A stretch of 64,000 bases of DNA from Escherichia coli (GTDB taxonomy: Bacteria; Pseudomonadota; Gammaproteobacteria; Enterobacterales; Enterobacteriaceae). Under the pieces are notes generated by a model. It made no database searches, was not told the DNA's origin, and saw only the letters and a list, made by a program, of their open reading frames with translations. Numbering within the stretch: the stretch's first letter is position 1; each line of letters opens with the position of its first letter. Positions 21,913 to 33,153 of this stretch are shown in pieces. The position numbers and the translations under genes were made by a program. Location of the stretch: assembly GCF_048403405.1 (NCBI RefSeq), contig NZ_CP183129.1, one strand, 5' to 3'.

Positions 21913-23949
21913 ATGGATACGCCACGCCCACAGTTATTAGATTTTCAATTTCATCAGAATAACGACAGTCTTACCCTACGTTTTCAGGGCCGTCTTATTT
22001 TAACCCATAGTAAAGATAATCCTTGTTTATGGATTGGTTCAGGTATTGCGGATATCGATATGTTCCGCGGCAATTTCAGCATTAAAGATAAATTGCAGGA
22101 GAAGATTGCGCTCACCGACGCTACCGTCAGCCAGTCACCGGATGGCTGGTTAATCCATTTCAGCCGTGGTTCTGACATTAGCGCCACGCTGCGTATCTCT
22201 GCCGACGAACAGGGCCGTTTATTGCTGGAACTACAAAACGACAACCTTAACCACAACCGTATCTGGCTGCGCCTTGCCGCTCAACCAGAGGACCATATCT
22301 ACGGCTGCGGTGAACAATTCTCCTACTTTGATCTGCGCGGCAAACCGTTCCCGCTATGGACCAGTGAACAAGGCGTTGGTCGCAACAAGCAAACCTATGT
22401 CACCTGGCAGGCCGACTGCAAAGAGAACGCGGGCGGCGACTATTACTGGACTTTCTTCCCACAGCCTACGTTTGTCAGCACGCAGAAGTATTACTGCCAT
22501 GTTGATAACAGTTGCTACATGAACTTCGACTTTAGCGCCCCGGAATACCATGAACTGGCGCTGTGGGAAGACAAAGCAACGCTGCGTTTTGAATGTGCTG
22601 ATACATACATCTCCCTGCTGGAAAAATTAACTGCCCTGCTGGGACGCCAGCCAGAACTGCCCGACTGGATTTATGACGGGGTAACGCTCGGCATTCAGGG
22701 CGGGACGGAAGTGTGTCAGAAGAAACTGGACACCATGCGTAACGCGGGTGTGAAGGTTAACGGCATCTGGGCGCAGGACTGGTCCGGGATCCGTATGACC
22801 TCTTTTGGCAAACGCGTAATGTGGAACTGGAAGTGGAACAGCGAAAACTATCCGCAACTGGACTCACGTATTAAGCAGTGGAACAAAGAGGGCGTGCAGT
22901 TCCTGGCCTATATCAACCCGTATGTAGCCAGCGATAAAGATCTCTGCGAAGAGGCGGCAAAGCGCGGTTATCTGGCAAAAGATGCCTCTGGCGGCGACTA
23001 TCTGGTGGAGTTTGGCGAGTTCTATGGCGGCGTTGTCGATCTCACCAATCCAGAAGCCTACGCCTGGTTCAAGGAAGTGATCAAAAAGAACATGATTGAA
23101 CTTGGCTGCGGCGGCTGGATGGCTGACTTCGGCGAGTATCTGCCCACCGACACGTACCTGCATAACGGCGTCAGCGCGGAGATTATGCATAACGCCTGGC
23201 CTGCGCTGTGGGCGAAATGTAACTACGAAGCCCTTGAAGAAACGGGCAAGCTCGGCGAGATCCTTTTCTTTATGCGCGCCGGTTCTACCGGTAGCCAGAA
23301 ATACTCCACCATGATGTGGGCGGGTGACCAGAACGTCGACTGGAGTCTGGACGATGGCCTGGCGTCGGTTGTCCCGGCGGCGCTGTCGCTGGCAATGACC
23401 GGACATGGCCTGCATCACAGCGACATTGGCGGTTACACAACCCTGTTTGAGATGAAGCGCAGCAAAGAGCTGCTACTGCGCTGGTGTGATTTCAGCGCCT
23501 TCACGCCGATGATGCGCACCCACGAAGGCAACCGTCCGGGCGACAACTGGCAGTTTGACGGCGACGCGGAAACTATCGCCCATTTTGCCCGTATGACCAC
23601 CGTCTTCACCACCCTGAAACCTTACCTGAAAGAGGCCGTCGCGCTGAATGCGAAGTCCGGTCTGCCGGTCATGCGCCCGCTGTTCCTGCATTACGAAGAC
23701 GATGCGCACACTTACACCCTGAAATATCAGTACCTGTTAGGTCGCGACATTCTGGTCGCTCCGGTGCATGAAGAAGGCCGTAGCGACTGGACGCTCTATC
23801 TGCCGGAGGATAACTGGGTCCATGCCTGGACGGGTGAAGCATTCCGGGGCGGGGAAGTGACCGTTAATGCGCCCATCGGCAAGCCGCCGGTCTTTTATCG
23901 CGCCGATAGCGAATGGGCGGCACTGTTCGCGTCGTTAAAAAGCATCTAA
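21913..23949 (+). CDS. yihQ: Sulfoquinovosidase, glycoside hydrolase family 31
   Basis: 678-aa ORF with GH31-like sequence (WxDxxE region, catalytic Asp context). Confidence 0.85.
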   Translation: MDTPRPQLLDFQFHQNNDSLTLRFQGRLILTHSKDNPCLWIGSGIADIDMFRGNFSIKDKLQEKIALTDATVSQSPDGWLIHFSRGSDISATLRISADEQGRLLLELQNDNLNHNRIWLRLAAQPEDHIYGCGEQFSYFDLRGKPFPLWTSEQGVGRNKQTYVTWQADCKENAGGDYYWTFFPQPTFVSTQKYYCHVDNSCYMNFDFSAPEYHELALWEDKATLRFECADTYISLLEKLTALLGRQPELPDWIYDGVTLGIQGGTEVCQKKLDTMRNAGVKVNGIWAQDWSGIRMTSFGKRVMWNWKWNSENYPQLDSRIKQWNKEGVQFLAYINPYVASDKDLCEEAAKRGYLAKDASGGDYLVEFGEFYGGVVDLTNPEAYAWFKEVIKKNMIELGCGGWMADFGEYLPTDTYLHNGVSAEIMHNAWPALWAKCNYEALEETGKLGEILFFMRAGSTGSQKYSTMMWAGDQNVDWSLDDGLASVVPAALSLAMTGHGLHHSDIGGYTTLFEMKRSKELLLRWCDFSAFTPMMRTHEGNRPGDNWQFDGDAETIAHFARMTTVFTTLKPYLKEAVALNAKSGLPVMRPLFLHYEDDAHTYTLKYQYLLGRDILVAPVHEEGRSDWTLYLPEDNWVHAWTGEAFRGGEVTVNAPIGKPPVFYRADSEWAALFASLKSI

Positions 23950-23994
23950 TCACATCCGCCCGTGGGGAAACTCATGGGCAAAGGGAGAACATCG

Positions 23995-25380
23995 ATGAGT
24001 CACATCACAACGGAAGATCCAGCAACTTTACGCCTGCCCTTTAAAGAGAAACTCTCTTACGGTATCGGCGATCTGGCCTCTAACATCCTGCTGGATATTG
24101 GTACGCTTTATCTTTTGAAGTTTTATACCGACGTTCTGGGGCTGCCCGGCACCTATGGCGGCATTATCTTTTTGATCTCGAAATTCTTTACCGCCTTTAC
24201 CGATATGGGAACCGGCATCATGTTGGATTCCCGACGCAAGATCGGTCCAAAAGGTAAATTCCGTCCTTTTATTCTGTATGCGTCATTCCCGGTTACCTTA
24301 CTGGCGATCGCCAACTTTATCGGTACGCCGTTCGATGTCACCGGTAAAACGGTGATGGCAACTATCCTGTTTATGCTTTATGGACTGTTTTTCAGCATGA
24401 TGAACTGTTCCTACGGCGCAATGGTGCCTGCCATCACCAAAAACCCCAACGAGCGCGCCTCACTGGCGGCATGGCGTCAGGGCGGCGCTACGCTGGGCCT
24501 GCTGCTGTGTACGGTGGGATTCGTACCAGTGATGAATCTTATCGAGGGGAATCAGAAACTTGGCTATATCTTCGCCGCCACGCTGTTTTCACTGTTCGGC
24601 CTGCTGTTTATGTGGATCTGCTACTCGGGCGTGAAAGAGCGTTATGTCGAAACCCAACCTGCTAATCCGGCGCAAAAGCCTGGCCTGTTGCAATCTTTCC
24701 GCGCAATTGCCGGTAACCGCCCGCTGTTCATTCTGTGTATTGCTAACCTCTGCACCTTAGGGGCGTTTAACGTCAAGCTCGCCATTCAGGTTTATTACAC
24801 CCAGTACGTGCTTAACGATCCCATCCTGTTGTCATATATGGGATTTTTCAGCATGGGCTGTATTTTCATCGGCGTGTTCCTGATGCCCGGCGCAGTCAGA
24901 CGTTTTGGTAAGAAGAAGGTCTATATCGGCGGCCTGCTGATTTGGGTGCTTGGCGATCTGCTCAACTATTTCTTTGGCGGCGGTTCGGTCAGCTTCGTGG
25001 CGTTCTCCTGCCTGGCATTCTTCGGCTCAGCGTTTGTTAACAGCCTGAACTGGGCGCTGGTTTCCGACACCGTGGAATATGGCGAATGGCGCACCGGCGT
25101 GCGTTCGGAAGGGACGGTCTACACCGGTTTCACCTTCTTTCGCAAAGTTTCTCAGGCGCTGGCTGGTTTCTTCCCCGGCTGGATGCTGACGCAAATCGGC
25201 TATGTGCCGAACGTCGCACAGGCTGACCACACTATTGAAGGGTTGCGCCAGCTGATCTTCATCTACCCAAGCGCACTGGCAGTAGTCACCATTGTGGCGA
25301 TGGGTTGCTTCTACAGTCTGAACGAGAAGATGTACGTCCGCATTGTTGAAGAGATAGAAGCCCGTAAACGCACGGCGTAA
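23995..25380 (+). CDS. yihP: GPH-family sugar:cation symporter
   Basis: ORF 23962-25380; multi-TM; start among Met 1/5/12 uncertain; paralogous to adjacent yihO. Confidence 0.75.
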   Translation: MSHITTEDPATLRLPFKEKLSYGIGDLASNILLDIGTLYLLKFYTDVLGLPGTYGGIIFLISKFFTAFTDMGTGIMLDSRRKIGPKGKFRPFILYASFPVTLLAIANFIGTPFDVTGKTVMATILFMLYGLFFSMMNCSYGAMVPAITKNPNERASLAAWRQGGATLGLLLCTVGFVPVMNLIEGNQKLGYIFAATLFSLFGLLFMWICYSGVKERYVETQPANPAQKPGLLQSFRAIAGNRPLFILCIANLCTLGAFNVKLAIQVYYTQYVLNDPILLSYMGFFSMGCIFIGVFLMPGAVRRFGKKKVYIGGLLIWVLGDLLNYFFGGGSVSFVAFSCLAFFGSAFVNSLNWALVSDTVEYGEWRTGVRSEGTVYTGFTFFRKVSQALAGFFPGWMLTQIGYVPNVAQADHTIEGLRQLIFIYPSALAVVTIVAMGCFYSLNEKMYVRIVEEIEARKRTA

Positions 25381-25422
25381 TTATAATAAACAACGCCCTG
25401 CGGGGCGTTATAAGGAGTGATT

Positions 25423-26826
25423 ATGTCTGACCATAATCCACTGACATTAAGACTGAATCTGCGGGAAAAAATCGCCTATGGTATGGGCGACGTCGGTTCG
25501 AATTTAATGCTCTGCATCGGTACTCTGTATCTCCTCAAATTTTATACCGATGAATTAGGGATGCCTGCTTACTATGGCGGGATTATCTTTCTGGTGGCGA
25601 AGTTTTTTACCGCGTTTACCGATATGCTCACCGGATTTTTACTCGATTCGCGGAAAAATATTGGGCCTAAAGGAAAGTTCAGGCCGTTTATTTTATACGC
25701 AGCGGTTCCGGCGGCGTTAATTGCAACGCTCCAGTTTATCGCCACCACTTTTAGTTTGCCGGTTAAAACGACGATTGCCACCGCACTGTTTATGATGTTT
25801 GGGCTTTCATACAGTCTGATGAACTGCTCGTATGGCGCGATGATCCCGGCCATTACCAAAAACCCGAATGAGCGCGCGCAGCTCGCGGCTTACCGCCAGG
25901 GTGGTGCAACCATAGGGCTATTGATTTGTACCGTGGCGTTTATTCCGTTGCAGTCGCTTTTTTCTGACTCCACCGTCGGTTATGCCTGCGCGGCACTGAT
26001 GTTCTCCATTGGTGGCTTTATTTTTATGATGCTGTGCTACAGAGGCGTCAAAGAGCATTATGTGGACACAGCGCCAACCGGACATAAAGCCAATATTCTC
26101 AAATCTTTTTGCGCAATATTTCGAAATCCGCCATTGCTGGTTTTATGCATTGCTAACCTGTGTACTCTGGCGGCATTTAATATCAAACTGGCGATTCAGG
26201 TCTATTACACCCAGTATGTGCTGAATGATATTAATTTATTATCGTGGATGGGATTTTTCAGTATGGGATGTATCCTCGTCGGCGTATTACTGGTGCCATT
26301 AACTGTAAAATGTTTTGGTAAAAAACAGGTTTATTTAGCTGGCATGGTGCTATGGGCGGTTGGTGATATCCTGAATTATTTCTGGGGAAGTAACTCTTTC
26401 ACTTTCGTCATGTTCTCTTGTGTCGCCTTTTTTGGCACGGCCTTTGTGAACAGCCTGAACTGGGCACTGGTGCCAGATACCGTAGATTACGGTGAATGGA
26501 AAACCGGTATTCGTGCCGAAGGTTCTGTTTATACCGGTTATACCTTCTTTCGTAAAATTTCTGCCGCACTTGCTGGCTTCTTGCCAGGCATTATGCTGAC
26601 GCAAATCGGTTATGTTCCCAACATCGCGCAAAGTGATGCGACATTACAGGGTTTGCGTCAGCTCATTTTTATCTGGCCTTGTGCACTGGCAATTATTGCT
26701 GCATTGACGATGGGATTCTTTTACACACTCAATGAAAAACGGTTTGCATTGATTATTGAGGAAATCAACCAACGCAAAAATAAAGAGATGGCGACAGAAG
26801 AAAAAACGGCTTCCGTAACGTTATAA
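25423..26826 (+). CDS. yihO: GPH-family sulfoquinovose transporter
   Basis: ORF 25417-26826; strongly similar to yihP translation. Confidence 0.8.
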   Translation: MSDHNPLTLRLNLREKIAYGMGDVGSNLMLCIGTLYLLKFYTDELGMPAYYGGIIFLVAKFFTAFTDMLTGFLLDSRKNIGPKGKFRPFILYAAVPAALIATLQFIATTFSLPVKTTIATALFMMFGLSYSLMNCSYGAMIPAITKNPNERAQLAAYRQGGATIGLLICTVAFIPLQSLFSDSTVGYACAALMFSIGGFIFMMLCYRGVKEHYVDTAPTGHKANILKSFCAIFRNPPLLVLCIANLCTLAAFNIKLAIQVYYTQYVLNDINLLSWMGFFSMGCILVGVLLVPLTVKCFGKKQVYLAGMVLWAVGDILNYFWGSNSFTFVMFSCVAFFGTAFVNSLNWALVPDTVDYGEWKTGIRAEGSVYTGYTFFRKISAALAGFLPGIMLTQIGYVPNIAQSDATLQGLRQLIFIWPCALAIIAALTMGFFYTLNEKRFALIIEEINQRKNKEMATEEKTASVTL

Positions 26827-26892
26827 ATGTCAATAGCCGCTATTTCCATCCTGGTGGGTGGCGGCCTCCCTACGTTTAAAAATGGACTTATT

Positions 26893-27585
26893 ATGAAAAA
26901 GATTAATGCAATAATTCTATTATCCTCTCTGACCTCTGCCTCGGTATTTGCTGGCGCATACGTCGAAAACAGGGAGGCATATAATCTCGCCTCCGATCAG
27001 GGCGAAGTTATGCTACGCGTGGGTTATAACTTCGATATAGGCGCGGGTATTATGTTAACCAATACCTATACCTTTCAGCGAGAAGATGAACTCAAACATG
27101 GCTATAATGAAATTGAAGGCTGGTACCCGTTATTTAAACCAACCGATAAATTAACCATCCAGCCCGGTGGCTTAATTAATGATAAGAGTATCGGTTCGGG
27201 TGGTGCTGTTTATCTGGATGTTAACTACAAATTTACTCCGTGGTTTAACCTGACAGTGCGTAATCGCTATAACCATAATAACTATAGTTCAACAGATTTG
27301 AGCGGGGAACTGGATAATAATGACACCTATGAAATTGGCACCTACTGGAATTTTAAAATCACCGATAAATTTTCCTATACATTTGAGCCACATTATTTCA
27401 TACGCGTAAATGACTTTAATAGCAGCAATGGAAAAGATCATCACTGGGAAATCACTAATACCTTCCGTTATCGCATTAATGAACACTGGCTGCCTTATTT
27501 CGAATTACGTTGGTTAGATCGTAATGTCGAACCGTACCACCGCGAGCAAAACCAGATTCGTATCGGGACGAAGTATTTCTTCTGA
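26893..27585 (+). CDS. ompL: Outer membrane porin L
   Basis: Start at MKKINAIILLSSLTSASVFA signal peptide within ORF 26827-27585; ends with aromatic C-terminal residue typical of beta-barrel OMPs. Confidence 0.8.
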   Translation: MKKINAIILLSSLTSASVFAGAYVENREAYNLASDQGEVMLRVGYNFDIGAGIMLTNTYTFQREDELKHGYNEIEGWYPLFKPTDKLTIQPGGLINDKSIGSGGAVYLDVNYKFTPWFNLTVRNRYNHNNYSSTDLSGELDNNDTYEIGTYWNFKITDKFSYTFEPHYFIRVNDFNSSNGKDHHWEITNTFRYRINEHWLPYFELRWLDRNVEPYHREQNQIRIGTKYFF

Positions 27586-27593
27586 TGTGAAAC

Positions 27594-27670
<77 letters not shown>

Positions 27671-27675
27671 ACTAA

Positions 27676-28941
27676 TTAAGCTTCAGCCGCCAGCATCTCT
27701 TTCTTACGTTGGCTAATACGCTTAACCAGCATTACGGAAACCACCGCACCACAGAATGCGAAGCAGGCCATAATGCCAAACACGATTTTGTAGCCAATAA
27801 TCCCCGGATTTAAATCCAGAATGTAGCCATACAGACTGAAGCAGAACATCGCCGGGGCGTAACCAATAAAGCTACCCAACGCCATCGCCGCGCCTGTTTT
27901 ATTTTCAGCAATTTTTGCTTCGCCGATAGGTGCAAAAAATACGGCTCGCTGTGTAAAGACTATCGCGCCAAAGCCCAGCGTACATGCCATCCCTAGATAT
28001 ACCGGCATACTTTCGTGCGGCAGCATAATCAACAGTACGAGCGCAGCGGTACTGATGATAAAGGTGTAGCATAGATATTTACTCGGCGATTTCAGGATCT
28101 TATCTGAAATCATGCCACCAATCGGTCCACCAATCATTTTCAGACAGTATTGGTTAATGATGCCGTAAGCCCCCACCAGCGCAACGGGCAATAGATAGAT
28201 GTTTTTCAGGAATGGAATGAAGAATGTCAGGCCACAGTAAACCGCGTAAACGAAGAAGACGTTGAAAGCGATAAGCCAGATAGTTTTGTCTTTCAGCACC
28301 GAGGTCATACTGGTGTTTTTCGATGCTCCGTCTTCTTTTTTCACCTCAACGGACGGTGCCTCTTCTTTGTCATTCAGAACAAAGAAAATGATAATGCCTA
28401 CGACAATCACAATAAGGGAATAGAACCAGATGCCTGCTTTAAAACCCAATAAGCCACTGCCAAACCAGGTAAATACTGCCAACGCAGAAAATGCCACCAC
28501 AGTATCGACAATGCCACGCCCTGTTTCGAAGAAGCCAAACAACCGACCTTGTTGTTCGCTATTGCCCAATCGACTTACCGACTTGAGCAAGACCGGCCAG
28601 TTCATCATGTCGCAAGTAACGCCAAATAGCGCCCAGACAAAGAGGATGCCCCAATACCCCGGCATTGTCGTCAAATAAACACCCAGTAATCCTGTCGCAA
28701 TGAGTGAGAATGACATGGTGTATCTGCGCGGTAGTTTATCGGCAAAATAAATAGACAGAAAAAAGCCCACTGTCGTGACAAATGAGTTTACCGACATAGC
28801 ATTACCAATTTGACCATTGGTCAAATGGAAATATTCCTGCATCGGGATATAAAACGCATCTTTCAGCGACGGTAATTTATAAATTGTACCGCCACACAAT
28901 GTTAATAGACTAAATAACGCCCATTTCTTTTTCGTGAGCAT
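27676..28941 (-). CDS. yihN: MFS-family transporter
   Basis: 421-aa multi-TM ORF. Confidence 0.8.
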   Translation of the reverse strand: MLTKKKWALFSLLTLCGGTIYKLPSLKDAFYIPMQEYFHLTNGQIGNAMSVNSFVTTVGFFLSIYFADKLPRRYTMSFSLIATGLLGVYLTTMPGYWGILFVWALFGVTCDMMNWPVLLKSVSRLGNSEQQGRLFGFFETGRGIVDTVVAFSALAVFTWFGSGLLGFKAGIWFYSLIVIVVGIIIFFVLNDKEEAPSVEVKKEDGASKNTSMTSVLKDKTIWLIAFNVFFVYAVYCGLTFFIPFLKNIYLLPVALVGAYGIINQYCLKMIGGPIGGMISDKILKSPSKYLCYTFIISTAALVLLIMLPHESMPVYLGMACTLGFGAIVFTQRAVFFAPIGEAKIAENKTGAAMALGSFIGYAPAMFCFSLYGYILDLNPGIIGYKIVFGIMACFAFCGAVVSVMLVKRISQRKKEMLAAEA

Positions 28942-29042
28942 AACATCCCCTAAGCGATTTTTAAAATCACTGTTTTAAAGGCAATAAGATACCGACCATT
29001 CATATGGAATGGTTTTATTAACTGCGTATGAGTTAAAACTTA

Positions 29043-30023
29043 TTAGTGGTTCAGAAGATGGTTTGCCTCTTGTTTGATTTGTTGTAGTACGTTACGCACA
29101 TGATTTATCTGATTAATTGCATCTTCTTTTTCTTTACGTAACCGCGCATCCAGTAAATGATTTTCTGGCAATGGTGTTTCACTCATCTGGCGATAAGGGA
29201 TCCACGGATTATCATCTTCGTCTTCAAAGCGGAACGCCGGCGCATAGTAATCAACCTCTTCTTCCAGGCCATATGCCGTCACCTGCGGCTCATCATCACC
29301 CAGGCAGATAAGGTGCGTTAATAACGCTTTGAACGGCATATCACCCTGACCTGAAATACAGGCTTTATGACCCAGGCCACCCTCTTCTTTAACGATCAAG
29401 GCATCTTTGATATGGACCTGGGTAATATGCGGTGCCATCGTTTTTAAAGCGTCGATGGGATGCTCATTTGCATTGATCATGTTCGCAAAATCAAACAGTA
29501 AGGAAAGAGATTCCATCTTACTTTCTTTGACCAGCGACACCAGCTCATGGCTTTTTAAATCTTCATGCTGTTCGATCGTAAAAGTCAGGCCGCTGTCCTG
29601 ATACGTTTCCCGTACATAGGCAATGTCGTTAGCGATGATCGATAATACGTCGCGCAAATTACCTTCATAACGTGGATAAAAACGTACGGACGATGCCCCA
29701 GTTTTCAACGCAATGGCGACGGCTTCGTCAATAGATGCCTTATCTGAAGCGCTGGTTTCAATATGAATATCAAGGTTCAGACGGCGGGCTTTATCCCCAA
29801 AGGCAGAGAGTTCTTTATCGTCCATATTACCAAGAGAAAAACGCTCGCCATCCAGAACATGGATTTTGACGCCACGTAGATTATTTTCACTTGCGATATC
29901 AAGTAAATCAGCAGGCAACACTCTTTCCAGCCGCATATTTAAATGAAAGGCATAAGCATGTAAATAAAGAGGAAGAGTGTCGACACGTTGTAGAATCTTT
30001 CTTGCGTTATTTATTGTCACCAT
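29043..30023 (-). CDS. yihM: Sugar-phosphate isomerase/epimerase (TIM-barrel xylose-isomerase-like) family protein
   Basis: 326-aa ORF in expected position. Confidence 0.75.
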   Translation of the reverse strand: MVTINNARKILQRVDTLPLYLHAYAFHLNMRLERVLPADLLDIASENNLRGVKIHVLDGERFSLGNMDDKELSAFGDKARRLNLDIHIETSASDKASIDEAVAIALKTGASSVRFYPRYEGNLRDVLSIIANDIAYVRETYQDSGLTFTIEQHEDLKSHELVSLVKESKMESLSLLFDFANMINANEHPIDALKTMAPHITQVHIKDALIVKEEGGLGHKACISGQGDMPFKALLTHLICLGDDEPQVTAYGLEEEVDYYAPAFRFEDEDDNPWIPYRQMSETPLPENHLLDARLRKEKEDAINQINHVRNVLQQIKQEANHLLNH

Positions 30024-30030
30024 AAAACAC

Positions 30031-30741
30031 CTACAGATTAATGATGAGGTCTACGGCCTCAAATCGCCAATATTCAATATCTATCTGGACAATATTGCCT
30101 TGCTGGTCGGCGCGATGCTTTTCAATTAAGATCGCTGGCATACCCGCAGAACCGCCAAGATACTTGCTGATATCGCCCGGCATTCTGACGGGTTTGAAAA
30201 TCAATTTTTTTACTACCGTCTCTTTTTGGTAGCACTTTTCCCAGACTGCAGAAAATGAGTGGTTTTCAAGTTGTTCAATAAAACCCGGAGCAACTTCAGG
30301 ATTAATATATGTTTCGTGATAGAAAACTTTATGTCCTTCCAGCGCCCCCCAGCCGGTGATGCGATAGAGTTCAGTTGATGGTGTCACTGCAATCAGTGGC
30401 GCGAGCGTCTCGGGAATATCGCTGGTACGGTTTTTCTCGGTAAACCCCCAGGAAGGCTCTCGTCCTTGCTCAATTGCGGCCCGCTGAAAGCTCGCTGACA
30501 GCTCCGGACTGTAATTAAATCGCGGCTGGGTCACGAACCACCCCTTACGATCCTTACGGAAGATTTTGGATTCTGCCTCGAGGTTCAACAACGCCTGGCG
30601 CAGCGTCATACGTTTAATGCCCAGCAGTTCTCCCAGCTCTCTTTCTGAAGGGAGTTTTCCACCCGGCGTGGTGATGCCATCTTTCAACCACCGATCCAGT
30701 TTCTCTTTTGCATTTTCTACGGTGGATTGATTCTCCGCCAT
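30031..30741 (-). CDS. yihL: GntR-family transcriptional regulator
   Basis: 236-aa ORF with N-terminal GntR HTH (LPSERELGELLGIKRMTLRQAL). Confidence 0.8.
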   Translation of the reverse strand: MAENQSTVENAKEKLDRWLKDGITTPGGKLPSERELGELLGIKRMTLRQALLNLEAESKIFRKDRKGWFVTQPRFNYSPELSASFQRAAIEQGREPSWGFTEKNRTSDIPETLAPLIAVTPSTELYRITGWGALEGHKVFYHETYINPEVAPGFIEQLENHSFSAVWEKCYQKETVVKKLIFKPVRMPGDISKYLGGSAGMPAILIEKHRADQQGNIVQIDIEYWRFEAVDLIINL

Positions 30742-30904
30742 TGTTTAATCCTTTTGGTTTAAACCAGATGAAGCATCTTACGCTTACGCCAAAAAAGAAA
30801 GCAATTAACGGTGTATGACTTTGCAGATAATTGTGACAAAGCTCTCTATTGACGTAATCACAGACTTATAAGGGAGATACTCGCATTGGTGTGCGCTCAC
30901 GACA

Positions 30905-30945
30905 GGTAAAAAAAAACCTGCCAGCGATGGCAGGTTTTTTATGAC
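30905..30945. terminator. Bidirectional rho-independent terminator downstream of typA
   Basis: Hairpin cctgccagcgatggcagg flanked by A-run and T-run. Confidence 0.7.
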
Positions 30946-30957
30946 TGAAAAGCGAAA

Positions 30958-32781
30958 TTAATCGTCTTTCGGTGCGCGGTTGGCACGGCGACGATCGTTT
31001 TCCGTCAGGTGACGTTTACGAATACGGATAGAGGTCGGAGTCACTTCTACCAGTTCGTCATCATCGATGAACTCCAGAGCTTGTTCCAGAGTCATGCGGA
31101 TAGGCGGAACCAGAACAACGGCTTCGTCAGTACCGGAAGCACGCATGTTGGTCAGTTTCTTACCGGTCAGGCAGTTTACAGTCAGGTCGTTAGAGCGGCT
31201 ATGAATACCGATAATCTGACCTTCGTAAACTTCTGCACCGTGACCGAGGAACAGCTTACCGCGATCCTGCAGACCGAACAACGCGAACGCTACCGCTTTA
31301 CCCTGACCGTTAGAGATCAGTACGCCGTTCTGACGCTGACCCACTTCACCCGGACGTACGTCGTCGTAGTGGCTGAAGGTGGAGTACAGCAGACCCGTAC
31401 CGGAAGTCATGGTCATGAACTCAGAACGGAAGCCAATCAGACCACGGCTTGGGATCACGTAGTCGAGACGTACGCGGCCTTTACCGTCTGGATTCATGTT
31501 TTTCAGGTCGCCTTTACGTTCGCCCAGCGCCTGCATCACAGAACCCTGATGCTGTTCTTCAACGTCCAGCGTCACGTTTTCATACGGCTCTTGTTTACGA
31601 CCGTCGATTTCACGGAAGATTACTTTCGGACGGGATACCGCCAGTTCGAAACCTTCACGACGCATGTTTTCGATCAGAACAGACAGGTGCAGTTCGCCAC
31701 GACCAGAAACGCGGAACGCATCGGCGTCTTCGGTTTCTTCTACGCGCAGCGCAACGTTGTGTACCAGTTCTTTGTTCAGACGATCCAGGATCTGACGAGA
31801 CGTTACGAACTTACCTTCTTTACCGCAGAACGGCGAGGTGTTAACGCAGAAGAACATAGAAACGGTCGGCTCATCAACGGAGAGTGCCGGCAGCGCTTCA
31901 ACGTTTTGCGTGTCGCAAACGGTGTCAGAAATGTTCAGTTCGCCCAGGCCCGTGATCGCCACGATATCGCCAGCTTCCGCCAGATCGGTTTCGATACGTT
32001 CCAGACCGAGGTGGCCCAGCACTTTACCGACTTTCGCGTTGCGGGTTTTGCCTTCGCTATCGATGATAGTAACCTGCTGGTTCGGCTTCACTTTACCGCG
32101 CTTGATGCGGCCAATGCCGATAACGCCAACATAGCTGTTGTAATCGAGCTGAGAAATCTGCATCTGGAACGGACCGTCAAGGTCAACGTCCGGCGCAGGA
32201 ACGTGGTCAACAATCGCCTGATACAGCGGGGTCATGTCTTCCGCCATATCTTCGTGGTCCAGACCCGCGATACCGTTCAGCGCAGAAGCGTAAACGATCG
32301 GGAAGTCCAGCTGCTCGTCGGTCGCGTCGAGGTTAACGAACAGATCGAATACCTGATCCACAACCCAATCAGGACGCGCGCCAGGGCGGTCAACTTTGTT
32401 GATAACAACAATCGGCTTCAGGCCGTAAGCAAACGCTTTTTTGGTTACGAAGCGCGTTTGCGGCATCGGGCCGTCAAATGCGTCAACCACCAGCAGCACT
32501 GAGTCTACCATGGACATTACACGTTCAACTTCACCACCGAAGTCGGCGTGCCCCGGGGTATCAACGATGTTGATACGGTAATCATTCCATTTGATAGCGG
32601 TGTTTTTCGCGAGGATGGTAATCCCACGCTCTTTCTCCAAATCGTTGGAGTCCATCACGCGCTCTTGGGTTTCGGCACGAGAGTCGAACGTACCGGATTG
32701 TTGGAGCAGCTTGTCTACCAGGGTGGTTTTACCATGGTCTACGTGCGCGATGATGGCGATATTACGCAATTTTTCGATCAC
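30958..32781 (-). CDS. typA: Ribosome-associated translational GTPase TypA/BipA
   Basis: 607-aa ORF, N-terminal G-domain AHVDHGKTT. Confidence 0.9.
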   Translation of the reverse strand: MIEKLRNIAIIAHVDHGKTTLVDKLLQQSGTFDSRAETQERVMDSNDLEKERGITILAKNTAIKWNDYRINIVDTPGHADFGGEVERVMSMVDSVLLVVDAFDGPMPQTRFVTKKAFAYGLKPIVVINKVDRPGARPDWVVDQVFDLFVNLDATDEQLDFPIVYASALNGIAGLDHEDMAEDMTPLYQAIVDHVPAPDVDLDGPFQMQISQLDYNSYVGVIGIGRIKRGKVKPNQQVTIIDSEGKTRNAKVGKVLGHLGLERIETDLAEAGDIVAITGLGELNISDTVCDTQNVEALPALSVDEPTVSMFFCVNTSPFCGKEGKFVTSRQILDRLNKELVHNVALRVEETEDADAFRVSGRGELHLSVLIENMRREGFELAVSRPKVIFREIDGRKQEPYENVTLDVEEQHQGSVMQALGERKGDLKNMNPDGKGRVRLDYVIPSRGLIGFRSEFMTMTSGTGLLYSTFSHYDDVRPGEVGQRQNGVLISNGQGKAVAFALFGLQDRGKLFLGHGAEVYEGQIIGIHSRSNDLTVNCLTGKKLTNMRASGTDEAVVLVPPIRMTLEQALEFIDDDELVEVTPTSIRIRKRHLTENDRRRANRAPKDD

Positions 32782-32929
32782 AACTTTGCCTCAGGCATTA
32801 GAAATAGCGCGTTATTGTACACGGATTAATCGCACTACAAAACAGGATCACAAACATCCTCCGCAAACAAGTATTGCAGAGTCCCTTTGTGATCGCTTTC
32901 ACGGAGCATAAAAAGGGTTATCCAAAGGT

Positions 32930-33025
32930 CATTGCACCAATATGGTGCTTAATGTTTCCATTGAAGCACTATATTGGTGCAACATTCACATCGTGGTGCA
33001 GCCCTTTTGCACGATGGTGCGCATG
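32930..33025. promoter_or_regulatory. NtrC (NRI) enhancer binding sites upstream of glnA
   Basis: Repeated TGCACCA-N-TGGTGCA-like dyads (tgcaccaatatggtgct, gcactatattggtgca, others). Confidence 0.7.
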
Positions 33026-33053
33026 ATAACGCCTTTTAGGGGCAATTTAAAAG

Positions 33054-33071
33054 TTGGCACAGATTTCGCTT
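33054..33071 (+). promoter_or_regulatory. glnAp2 sigma-54 promoter (TGGCAC-N5-TCGCT)
   Basis: -24 GG / -12 GC spacing read directly, about 85 bp upstream of glnA start. Confidence 0.75.
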
Positions 33072-33153
33072 TATCTTTTTTACGGCGACACGGCCAAAAT
33101 AATTGCAGATTTCGTTACCACGACGACCATGACCAATCCAGGAGAGTTAAAGT

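Noticed and set aside
31009-32502. 497-aa plus-strand ORF
   Set aside because: Antisense to typA over its whole length; Arg/Val-rich low-complexity translation typical of a shadow ORF.
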